Source of the DNA: Candidatus Aenigmatarchaeota archaeon
GTDB lineage: Archaea > Aenigmatarchaeota > Aenigmatarchaeia > QMZP01
DNA length: 64,000 bases
Assembly (NCBI GenBank): GCA_030670085.1
Contig: DAOVCJ010000001.1
Location: 11,977-75,976, forward strand
Direction: 5' to 3'
Both the position numbers and the translations under genes were made by a program. Below the pieces are notes generated by a model. The model saw only the letters and a program-made list of their open reading frames with translations, was not told the DNA's origin and ran no database searches. Of the stretch, positions 10,066 to 17,855 are shown piece after piece. The number at the start of each line of letters is the position of its first letter. Position 1 is the first letter of the stretch.

Positions 10066-11046
10066 ATGAACATCAAGTTCTATCCCGGTTTCGTGGTTTA
10101 CAGGAACGGTAGGGGTCCCACATACGTGACTCCCCACTCTGGACCTGCCTTGGAAATCACCACCTCCAGGGATGACAATTCGGAGACCGTCGCCTCCCTC
10201 TGCTGGCTGAAGACAGGTGGAACCCTTATCGTTTCAAACATTTCTAGGAAGAGATTGTTTGGGATTGATTTCAACAGGGATATTCCTCCCCCAGAAAAGG
10301 CATTGGGTTACTATGAAAAGTTCAAGGAGGATGAAGACCAGGAAGCACTTTATAAATTCAGAAAGAGATACGCATTCGTTGCGAAAGACAGGGAGGACTA
10401 CAGGAACAGGCTTAAAATGTACAGGGATTTCTGGAATGAGATCAGAAAAGGACACTTCATCGTTCTTGTCCACAGAGCATTCACAAGGCTGAAGGCTGTT
10501 CCATCCGTGATGGACCTCTCAACCTTTCAGGGCAAGGGAATAGACACCAGATTCTTGAAGAGGGTGGTGTCAGACATAAACATCAAGTATTCTGAATTCT
10601 TCGAACTCACGGATTTCGAGTACAAGAATGTTGCCTACCTGGAGCAGAAGAGGGCCATAAACAACATACTCAGGATATACGGGGATTTTGACCTGAAAAG
10701 AATCAAGGCAGACTTCTTGATCAACATAAAAAAGGATTTGAGGGTCATAAAGAGGTATGCGAATAAGAGACTGATAGAGAGGCTTGATGATGATTTCTCA
10801 CCACAGAACTTCCTGCTCGCAACCAGGAGCGCTTTGGAGAAGATCGGCAACCCAAAGATAACAGTTGAACATGTCTTCAGGGGTTCCCTTGCAACAGGCC
10901 CGAAAAGACAGCTTTTTCCAGCAAGGGACAAGATAATAATCCAGTTCGAGCCAACAACGTTTCTAAACTTCTGGTACCCAAATGAGGCATCAGACATGAT
11001 AATTGAGATTGTAAACAGGGTGACAGAGAGAAGCATCCACGAATGA
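10066..11046 (+). CDS. N-formylglutamate amidohydrolase (FGase)-like fold protein
   Basis: TPHSGPALE...DDNSETVAS...GGTLIVSNISRKRLFGIDFNRD matches the H-S/A-G ... D.gT ... SR..iD.NR pattern of the FGase family. Confidence 0.45.
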   Translation: MNIKFYPGFVVYRNGRGPTYVTPHSGPALEITTSRDDNSETVASLCWLKTGGTLIVSNISRKRLFGIDFNRDIPPPEKALGYYEKFKEDEDQEALYKFRKRYAFVAKDREDYRNRLKMYRDFWNEIRKGHFIVLVHRAFTRLKAVPSVMDLSTFQGKGIDTRFLKRVVSDINIKYSEFFELTDFEYKNVAYLEQKRAINNILRIYGDFDLKRIKADFLINIKKDLRVIKRYANKRLIERLDDDFSPQNFLLATRSALEKIGNPKITVEHVFRGSLATGPKRQLFPARDKIIIQFEPTTFLNFWYPNEASDMIIEIVNRVTERSIHE

Positions 11047-11112
11047 AAACCTTTAAATTAAAAGTGAATAACATCACATATATTCCCTTGAGAAGCGTAC
11101 GATGGCTTGGAT

Positions 11113-11122
11113 ATATTTAAAC
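11113..11122 (+). promoter_or_regulatory. TATA box candidate for the tRNA-Arg/tRNA-Pro transcription unit
   Basis: TATATTTAAA is centred about 26 nt upstream of tRNA nt 1 (11143). It is embedded between 9-nt inverted repeats GATGGCTTG/CAAGCCATC (11101-11130). Confidence 0.4.
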
Positions 11123-11142
11123 AAGCCATCTATCGAAAGTGT

Positions 11143-11257
11143 GGGCCCGTAGCTCAATGGATAGAGCGATGGTCTTCTATTCAAAATAGAAGATTCGAGG
11201 CATTTGCCTATGAGAGAAGAAAGCCATAGGTTGGGGGTTCGAGTCCCCTCGGGCCCG
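11143..11257 (+). tRNA. tRNA-Arg(UCU) with a 42-nt intron at canonical position 37/38
   Basis: Cloverleaf read by eye. Acceptor GGGCCCG/CGGGCCC. D-arm GCTC-AATGGATA-GAGC. Anticodon stem ATGGT/GCCAT. Loop CU-UCU-A, then an insertion at 11180-11221. T-arm GGGGG-TTCGAGT-CCCCT. Discriminator G. No CCA is encoded. Confidence 0.85.
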
Positions 11258-11270
11258 TGGAACATTTAAT

Positions 11271-11391
11271 GGGGCTATGGTGTAGCTTGGTCTAGCATTG
11301 GAGCATGGGGACACTTCGAGTGACATAATGCTTCAGACCCCGGTTCAAATGAACCCTTTTAAGAAAGGTTCGGAGATTCCGGGTAGCCCCA
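11271..11391 (+). tRNA. tRNA-Pro(GGG) with two introns (anticodon loop and T-arm)
   Basis: Acceptor GGGGCTA/TAGCCCC. D-stem GTGT/GCAT. Anticodon stem GGAGC/GCTTC. Loop AU-GGG-G plus an 18-nt insert (11311-11328). T-stem CCCGG plus loop TTCAAAT, then a 28-nt insert (about 11351-11378) before CCGGG. Discriminator A. Confidence 0.7.
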
Positions 11392-11411
11392 CCTTATCAG
11401 GGGTGGTTAGA

Positions 11412-12443
11412 ATGAAAATTATAATACACCATTTTGATCAGAATGCGCATGGCATAATAAGGTTCTCTGATCATGAGATTGTAGCCATATACGACGAGAG
11501 GACTGAACTCAATGGAAAAAGCGTAAGGGAACTACTTAATGTCAACAGGGATATCACGATAACAAGCAACTTCGATGAAGCATTGAAAAACAAGGCAGAT
11601 ATGCTGATTACAACAGGAGAGGGCCTTTATTTTACAAAACCAGAAAACGTGCAGGACTGGAAAAGGAATGTTAAAAAAGCAATAGAGCATAAGCTCAGCG
11701 TTTACAATATGAGCAAAATCCTTTACGGAGACAAGACAGGGGAATTCAAGGCACTGGCGAAAGAAAACAATGTGAAATTCGAGGAAGCGTCAGAAACCTT
11801 TGGGTTTGAAAAATTCTCTGAATTTGCAATAAGGGGTTTAGAACACCCTGTCAAAACCCCGGTAATTAACTTCACTGGAACAAGCATGAACAGCGGCAAA
11901 ATAACCGCGATGTTTGTCATGAAGCGAGAACTGGAATCGTTGGGAAAGAGGGTTGGTGTTGTGGGAACAGAACCAAGCAGTGTTTTTATGGGAGCAGATG
12001 AACAGGTCATACCAGAGGTCTACCCCACTATGAAGGGAGCTCCCACAATCTTTGGTGCAATAAAGAAGGTGGAGAGTGAGAAGCACCCGGACATCATCCT
12101 GATAGGCAATCAAACCGGCCTGAGGGCACCTGTACTTGATGTAAATGAGTCCAGGGCCGGTGCAATTGTGGCATGGCAGATACTGCTTGGATCAAACCCC
12201 ACAAGGATAGTTCTTTGCAGCAAGTGGAACATGATAGAGGAAATAGGTCCCCATCTTGAGCTCATCAAGAACAGCAGCATAAAGGCGCCTGTGGTTGCAA
12301 ACATAATAAACGGGCTTGGCTGCGATAAGAACAAGCTGCCGGGCATCCTCTCCGGGGTAGAGGAGAGATTTGGCCTTCCTACCTTAGATGTCATATCAAG
12401 CCCAGAGAAGCTGGGAGAGCTGGCCAAGATACTGCTAAGATAA
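11412..12443 (+). CDS. DUF1611-family (DgcN-like) P-loop-like protein
   Basis: The start was moved to MKIIIHH (ATG 11412) because the track start at 11298 lies inside tRNA-Pro. FTGTSMNSGKITAMF resembles the GTDxxxGKxTT motif of DUF1611. Confidence 0.45.
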   Translation: MKIIIHHFDQNAHGIIRFSDHEIVAIYDERTELNGKSVRELLNVNRDITITSNFDEALKNKADMLITTGEGLYFTKPENVQDWKRNVKKAIEHKLSVYNMSKILYGDKTGEFKALAKENNVKFEEASETFGFEKFSEFAIRGLEHPVKTPVINFTGTSMNSGKITAMFVMKRELESLGKRVGVVGTEPSSVFMGADEQVIPEVYPTMKGAPTIFGAIKKVESEKHPDIILIGNQTGLRAPVLDVNESRAGAIVAWQILLGSNPTRIVLCSKWNMIEEIGPHLELIKNSSIKAPVVANIINGLGCDKNKLPGILSGVEERFGLPTLDVISSPEKLGELAKILLR

Positions 12444-12474
12444 GAATTTAAATACTACTTATTAATAGCAAATC

Positions 12475-13584
12475 ATGAAAAAGGAAGAGATAAATCAAGG
12501 CCTTGAGGAACTCAACAAGATGGTTGGCTGGAACAAACTACTTAGCCTTACCAACCCTGAAAACCTCACAGAGGAAAGGAAGAAAGTTCTGGAGAAATCA
12601 TTATACAACCCCTGTTTTGTTTACCCTGCTTTCTCTCCAGACAAAGATGTTGAACAAGAGATATCCATTCTTAATGATAAAACAGGCAGTTACATGGAGG
12701 GTCTAGAAAGGGATGTTAATCTGGATCTGTTGGAGCAGTTCCAGCTTGGCAACAGATACCTCAAGTCCAGGGACACGCCTGACTTCCAGGATGCTTCAGC
12801 TGCCATTTTCTCAAGGCCAGAGCAGCGTGACATTGAATGGGCACAGAAAAACTACAAAATCAAGCCCCTGGAGGAAGACAAGACTATAACCCCTGAGATG
12901 GTAAGGAAATTCATGCTCCTTTACATGAATGGTATACCCCGGATAGAGAAAGAATACGAAATACTCATAGATCCCAACAGGGCAAACATCATGGTTAAAG
13001 AGGAAGAGGGAAAAATCCTCCTTCCTGTTCGGGATGTTTCTTGGGAAAAACTAGCAGGTGATCTTGTTCATGAGATAGGGACCCATGTTGCCCAGTATGA
13101 AATAGGCTGTAGACAACCCCTCCCTGCCTTCTGGCTCGGTTTTCCTTCCAGAGCCTTCACCTCCGAGGGCATGGCCCTATACAATGAAGACCTTGTTGTT
13201 CCGGACTATGCACCACGAACAAAGACAAGGGCAGGCAACATAGTAGCTATGGTCATGGCTGAGGAGCATCCCTTCAGCGAGATAAATAAAGAGCTTCTGA
13301 GTGCTGGCTTCATACCAGAAGAGGCCTTCAAGTGCACGCTAATGGCAAAGAGGGGGTTCTCTGACACGAGAAAGAAGGGAGCCAACTTCAACAGGAACCT
13401 CTACATCAGGGGTATCAATATGGTCAGGGAATACCTTGAGAACGGGGGTGAGGAGTGGGTTCTCTATACAGGAAGGATTTCCCTGGAATATGCAGACAGG
13501 ATAAAGGAGCTCGATGGTCTCTATAGGGTGTCTGATGATCTTCCAAAAAGACTTCGTGCTATGGCTAAGTCAGTTCTGGATTAG
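12475..13584 (+). CDS. DUF1704 / QEGLA-motif metallopeptidase-like protein (MATCAP-like carboxypeptidase family)
   Basis: The zinc motif LVHEIGTHV (HExxH) is followed by SEGMALYNE, a counterpart of QEGLA. The length of about 370 aa fits the family. Confidence 0.5.
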   Translation: MKKEEINQGLEELNKMVGWNKLLSLTNPENLTEERKKVLEKSLYNPCFVYPAFSPDKDVEQEISILNDKTGSYMEGLERDVNLDLLEQFQLGNRYLKSRDTPDFQDASAAIFSRPEQRDIEWAQKNYKIKPLEEDKTITPEMVRKFMLLYMNGIPRIEKEYEILIDPNRANIMVKEEEGKILLPVRDVSWEKLAGDLVHEIGTHVAQYEIGCRQPLPAFWLGFPSRAFTSEGMALYNEDLVVPDYAPRTKTRAGNIVAMVMAEEHPFSEINKELLSAGFIPEEAFKCTLMAKRGFSDTRKKGANFNRNLYIRGINMVREYLENGGEEWVLYTGRISLEYADRIKELDGLYRVSDDLPKRLRAMAKSVLD

Positions 13585-13595
13585 CATGGTATAAT

Positions 13596-14180
13596 TCAGT
13601 ATTCCTCGCATTTAATCTGGTAAAAGCTTCTAGGATGACTGCAGGAAGGGCATTCTTCTGGCGGCTCTTTTCCAAAATGGACATATCCACATTCCATGCA
13701 GACCCACCATACCTCTTTTTCCTTTTTGAAAACAGTTCCTGCCTCCACTTCCTCCAGGAGTTTCTGGTATCTTTCTTCGTGATGCTTTTCTGCTATAGCA
13801 ATCGCTTTTAACCTCTTTGCAATTTCAGGAAACCCCTCTTTCTCTGCAACGTCAGCAAACTCAGGATACATTTTTGTATGTTCATAATTTTCCCCTGCAA
13901 TCGCTACCTTCAGATTTCCTGCAGTATCACTGAGAATTGTTGGGGCTGCTGCTTCAACTATTATTTCATCCAAGCTTTCTTTACTTTTTTCTTTCAGTTG
14001 ACTGATTAGCCTGAAAAGCCATTTTGCATGTTCCTTCTCGTTCTCTGCTGTGATTAGGAAAATTTCTGCAATCTGTTCAAATCCCTCTTTTTTCGCAACC
14101 TTTGCATAGAAAGTGTAGCGGTTTCTTGCCTGGCTTTCGCCAATAAACGCCTTTGTCAGATTTTCGATTGTCTTTTCCAT
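13596..14180 (-). CDS. rbr: Rubrerythrin
   Basis: The N-terminal ferritin-like diiron domain contains ExxH pairs (ENEKEHA, AEKHHEE). The C-terminal rubredoxin-like motif is CMECGYV...CPSCSHP. The ATG at 14180 is preferred over the GTG at 14189 because GGTGAGGGG lies just upstream. Confidence 0.9.
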   Translation of the reverse strand: MEKTIENLTKAFIGESQARNRYTFYAKVAKKEGFEQIAEIFLITAENEKEHAKWLFRLISQLKEKSKESLDEIIVEAAAPTILSDTAGNLKVAIAGENYEHTKMYPEFADVAEKEGFPEIAKRLKAIAIAEKHHEERYQKLLEEVEAGTVFKKEKEVWWVCMECGYVHFGKEPPEECPSCSHPRSFYQIKCEEY

Positions 14181-14233
14181 TCCCCTCACCTTGTTTCTTT
14201 TTGATAGATTCTGCTTTTTATTATTTAGTTAAA

Positions 14234-14254
14234 AAATATAACACTGTTATATTT
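14234..14254. promoter_or_regulatory. Palindromic operator candidate AAATATAAC-ACT-GTTATATTT overlapping the rubrerythrin TATA region
   Basis: It is a perfect 9-3-9 inverted repeat. A 19-nt core (AAATATAACACTGTTATAT) recurs identically at 63775-63793, upstream of the DUF1858-ferredoxin operon. Confidence 0.6.
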
Positions 14255-14330
14255 ATAAGCGTTTTGTTCGAAACATGTTCTTTGCCTTATACCAACATGA
14301 TTATTCTTATGTTACCACTGATATTCCTTG

Positions 14331-14340
14331 CGCTTATAAG
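14331..14340 (+). promoter_or_regulatory. BRE/TATA candidate for the metE operon
   Basis: CGCTTATAAG lies about 35 nt upstream of ATG 14372. The same 9-mer CGCTTATAA occurs on the opposite strand at 14253-14261, serving the divergent rubrerythrin gene. Confidence 0.35.
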
Positions 14341-14371
14341 ATTTACTCTTAATAATTCTAAGAGTGATTTC

Positions 14372-15355
14372 ATGAGATCAACTGTTGTGGGACCCTATCC
14401 AAGGGTTGGTTCTGAATACGGTAAGGGGTTAAGGAAAGAGCTGAACAGGTTTTACAAAGGGGAAGGAGACGAAGGTTTGATAAGACAGCTCAGAGAGAAT
14501 TTAACAAGGGAAGTTGTTCAGGAGATGACATCTGTTGGCATAGATCTCCCCAACTATGGACTGATAGACATTCATGATGAATTGACCTGGCCCCTAGAAA
14601 GCGTGGAAGGGGTTGATTTCGGTGGAATGAAAAAAACATTCCATACAAACATCCACTACAGGGAAGCCGTAGTGAATGGATTGATTGAAAGAACAAAAAG
14701 AATTGTCAGCCCCCTGTATGATGTGGCAGTGGGAGAATACACCAACACCAAGATAGAAATCCCAGGACCATACACAATGGCAAAACACTCTGTTCTAGGT
14801 GATGGAGCTCCGTATAAAAACATAGCAGAGCTTGCGATGGCTTACGCAACCTTGTTAAAAGAGGAGCTTTTGGATTTGAAAGATGTTCCCATGGTTCAGT
14901 TCAATGAACCCTCCATTATTGCACACGGTAAAGATCACAGTGACATAGGGATAGTTCCGGAACTGTATCAGGAGATGCTTCACGGTGTTGAGATACCGAC
15001 GGCTGTCTGGACGTTCTATGGTATTTACGTGCCCAATTCACTGAAGGTTGTTTTTTCTCTTCCGGTGGATCTTGTCGGCCTTGATTTCGTTTGGGATCCT
15101 AACGTAGCTGACTTACTTCAGGTTTTGTCACACGATAAGGGAATAGGTATTGGGATTATTGATTCAGGCGACAGAGGTTACATCGGCCTAGAAAACAAGG
15201 ACGATACTATCAGAAAACTTAACAAGCTTAAAGAACGGGTGAATTTTGATAAATCCTACATATCAAACAACGCCACCCTGGAGCATCTTCCAAGGGATGT
15301 TGCCAGACAAAAGGTGGCCCTGATAGGAGAAATAACAAGAGAGGTGAATGAATGA
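14372..15355 (+). CDS. Cobalamin-independent methionine synthase, N-terminal-domain-like protein (non-catalytic half)
   Basis: MRSTVVGPYPRVG... has MetE/UROD-like TIM-barrel blocks but lacks the HxC and PDCG zinc ligands. The track start at 14153 runs through the promoter, so ATG 14372 was chosen. Confidence 0.65.
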   Translation: MRSTVVGPYPRVGSEYGKGLRKELNRFYKGEGDEGLIRQLRENLTREVVQEMTSVGIDLPNYGLIDIHDELTWPLESVEGVDFGGMKKTFHTNIHYREAVVNGLIERTKRIVSPLYDVAVGEYTNTKIEIPGPYTMAKHSVLGDGAPYKNIAELAMAYATLLKEELLDLKDVPMVQFNEPSIIAHGKDHSDIGIVPELYQEMLHGVEIPTAVWTFYGIYVPNSLKVVFSLPVDLVGLDFVWDPNVADLLQVLSHDKGIGIGIIDSGDRGYIGLENKDDTIRKLNKLKERVNFDKSYISNNATLEHLPRDVARQKVALIGEITREVNE

Positions 15356-16335
15356 AGTTACCGCTGCTGTCCACTACTGGGGTAGGATCCTTCCCAAAAC
15401 CAGACTATGTCAAGGGGGCTAAAGGATATCTGGATGATGACAGTAAAGTGGCAACAGAGGAGTTTATCAGACGTCAGGAAGAGATAGGAATTGACATACT
15501 TGTAGACGGTGAACTGTACAGGGGAGACATGGCAACGGATTATGCCCGTGCACTGGGGCTCCCCTTATCTGACTGGACGAGATCCTATGACAACAGGTTC
15601 TGGAAGAGGGGTATAGTGGACGCGCCACTTGAAAGGAAAGAGCCTATACAGTTAGAACAGTTCAAGTATGCGCAGGGCCTGACAGATAAACCTGTAAAAG
15701 GCATGCTTACTGGTCCTACCACCCTTTCCAACTGGAACTATGACAAACACTATGGAGACAGGGAAAAACTGATTCTCGCATGGGCTGACATAGTGAATAA
15801 GGAGGCACTGGATCTTGAAGAAGCCGGCGCACGATTCATTCAGATAGATGAACCAGCTATTGCAGAAAGGCATTGGGAAGGCGAGCTTTTCAGAATGGGT
15901 CTTGATAAGGCAAGAGAAGGAGTTAATACATACATCATAACCCATATCTGCTACAGCGAGTTTCCTATGGTTTACTCCCGCCTAAGGGACCTGCCTGTTA
16001 ATCAGGTGGATATAGAGCTATCCAATGAACTCGATCTGGGACTGAAATCACGCCTGCTGGGTATGGTTAAAGAGGATCCCATTTCAAATTACATGGATGT
16101 TGCTGCTGGTGTTATTGATGTCAGGCCTGGCATACCTGTGGAGGATGTGGATACTGTTGTTAAGAGGATATATACAGCGTTGGAGGTTCTTGCTCCTAAA
16201 GATGAAATGTTACAACGGATATGGATAAAACCCGACTGTGGTTTCAGAACAACCAAGGACCCTGACATGGCATATAAAAAGATGGAAGTAATGGTAGATG
16301 CAGTCAGAAAGGTCAGGACAGAGTTGGGTGTGTAA
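15352..16335 (+). CDS. metE: Cobalamin-independent methionine synthase, catalytic domain
   Basis: Contains GVGSFPKP, IQIDEPA, the HICYSEF His-x-Cys zinc ligands, and PDCGF. The ATGA overlap with the upstream gene suggests translational coupling. Confidence 0.8.
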   Translation: MKLPLLSTTGVGSFPKPDYVKGAKGYLDDDSKVATEEFIRRQEEIGIDILVDGELYRGDMATDYARALGLPLSDWTRSYDNRFWKRGIVDAPLERKEPIQLEQFKYAQGLTDKPVKGMLTGPTTLSNWNYDKHYGDREKLILAWADIVNKEALDLEEAGARFIQIDEPAIAERHWEGELFRMGLDKAREGVNTYIITHICYSEFPMVYSRLRDLPVNQVDIELSNELDLGLKSRLLGMVKEDPISNYMDVAAGVIDVRPGIPVEDVDTVVKRIYTALEVLAPKDEMLQRIWIKPDCGFRTTKDPDMAYKKMEVMVDAVRKVRTELGV

Positions 16336-16340
16336 GTGAA

Positions 16341-17825
16341 TTATTTCTCAGGCCTCATGAACGGAAATAGTATAACATCACGTATGGAGCTGGAATCCAC
16401 CAAAACCATGGTCAATCTGTCTACACCAACCCCTAACCCGGATGTTGGTGGCATCCCATATTCCAATGCCTTCAAGAAATCCTCATCCATCCTCTGAGCT
16501 TCAACGTCTCCTCCCCTGAATTCCTTCTCTTCCCTGTCCCATTTTTTCTTCAGAACCTCGGGATCGTTCTGCTCACAATAGGAAAGACCAAGCTCCCACC
16601 CATTTATTATCGGTTCAAATGCCTCTGCAAACCTCTCATCCTCCCTGCTTACCTTCGCGAGTTCATACATCTCAATGGGGTAATCGTAAACAAGCGTGGG
16701 TTGTATAAGCTTTGGCTGAACAATATTCTCAAAAACCTCTATCATAACCTCTCCTATGCTGTCGCACTTTGCTGCATCAACACTCGCTTTCCTTGCTGCT
16801 TTTTTCGCTTCATCAAGGGTCTTTATCTTGTCAAAATCGAGCTTTGCATGCTTCTTTATGGCGTCTATGAATCTTATCCTCTCCCAAGGGGTTTTCAGGT
16901 CGATAACCTTACCTTGGTGTTTTACCTTGGTGGTTCCCAGAACCTTCTTTGCTATGTAGCTTATCATCTCCTCGCAGAACCTCATGTTGTCCTTGTAATC
17001 AGCATAAGCCCACATGGTCTCCATCTGCATGAACTCGGGGTTATGCGTTTTATCTATCCCCTCGTTTCTGAAGTCCTTTGAGAACTCGAATATCTTCTCA
17101 TAACCCCCAATCAGCAACCTCTTCAGGTAGAGTTCGTTTGAAATCCTCATGTACACAGGCATGTTAAGGGAATGCAGGTGGGATTTGAATGGTCTTGCAT
17201 GGGTTCCCCCATATATTGGCTGAAGCACAGGGGTCTCAACCTCTACAAACCCCCTCTTAACCAGAAACTCCCTCATTGCATATACGATCTTTGTTCTTTT
17301 TTCAAAAACATCCCTGACTTGAGGGTTCATCATGAGGTCAATGTACCTTTGTCTATATCTCAACTCAATATCCTTCAACCCATACCATTCAGCTGGAAGC
17401 GGTCTCAGGGATTTGGTGAGGAATTCCATCTTCTTGATCCATACTGAAAGCTCACCCTTAATGGTTTTGAAAACAAAACCATGAACCCCTATGAAATCCC
17501 CTGTGTTTATTTTATCAAAGAAATCAAACGCCTTCTTTCCAACCGTTCCGTATTCCAGACATACCTGTATCCTTCCCGAAGAATCCTCGATATGGGAAAA
17601 TATGAGTTTCCCGTGCTTTCTTATGGATCTTATCCTCCCTGCAATCGAAACCTTCTTGTTTTTCAGCTTCTTACCAGCCTTTATCTTCCCATGCTTCTCA
17701 AGAATTTCGTTTATTGGATGGGTTTTCCCAAACCTGTATGCATAGGGATTAATCCCCTCTTTAACAATCTCCCTGAGTTTTTTCTTCCTCTCTTCTATAG
17801 AGTCCTCAAGTCTCTTCATGGCCAT
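16341..17825 (-). CDS. lysS: Lysyl-tRNA synthetase, class II
   Basis: An OB anticodon-binding N-domain is followed by the class II core FVEVETPVLQ...FRNEGIDKTHNPEFMQMETMWAYADY...GLGVGVDRL. Confidence 0.95.
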   Translation of the reverse strand: MAMKRLEDSIEERKKKLREIVKEGINPYAYRFGKTHPINEILEKHGKIKAGKKLKNKKVSIAGRIRSIRKHGKLIFSHIEDSSGRIQVCLEYGTVGKKAFDFFDKINTGDFIGVHGFVFKTIKGELSVWIKKMEFLTKSLRPLPAEWYGLKDIELRYRQRYIDLMMNPQVRDVFEKRTKIVYAMREFLVKRGFVEVETPVLQPIYGGTHARPFKSHLHSLNMPVYMRISNELYLKRLLIGGYEKIFEFSKDFRNEGIDKTHNPEFMQMETMWAYADYKDNMRFCEEMISYIAKKVLGTTKVKHQGKVIDLKTPWERIRFIDAIKKHAKLDFDKIKTLDEAKKAARKASVDAAKCDSIGEVMIEVFENIVQPKLIQPTLVYDYPIEMYELAKVSREDERFAEAFEPIINGWELGLSYCEQNDPEVLKKKWDREEKEFRGGDVEAQRMDEDFLKALEYGMPPTSGLGVGVDRLTMVLVDSSSIRDVILFPFMRPEK

Positions 17826-17855
17826 AAGAATAAATTGTTCTGCAGATTTAATAAA

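Noticed and set aside
11298-11411. The 5' part of the track ORF 11298-12443 (MEHGDTSSDIMLQTPVQMNPFKK...)
   Set aside because: It lies entirely inside the predicted tRNA-Pro (11271-11391). The real CDS most plausibly starts at ATG 11412 (MKIIIHH).
14153-14371. The N-terminal 73 aa of the track ORF 14153-15355
   Set aside because: This extension runs through the divergent promoter and operator region and overlaps the rubrerythrin start. Its sequence ([17 protein letters not shown]...) is non-genic in character. Homology to MetE-type proteins begins at MRSTVVGPYPRVG (14372).
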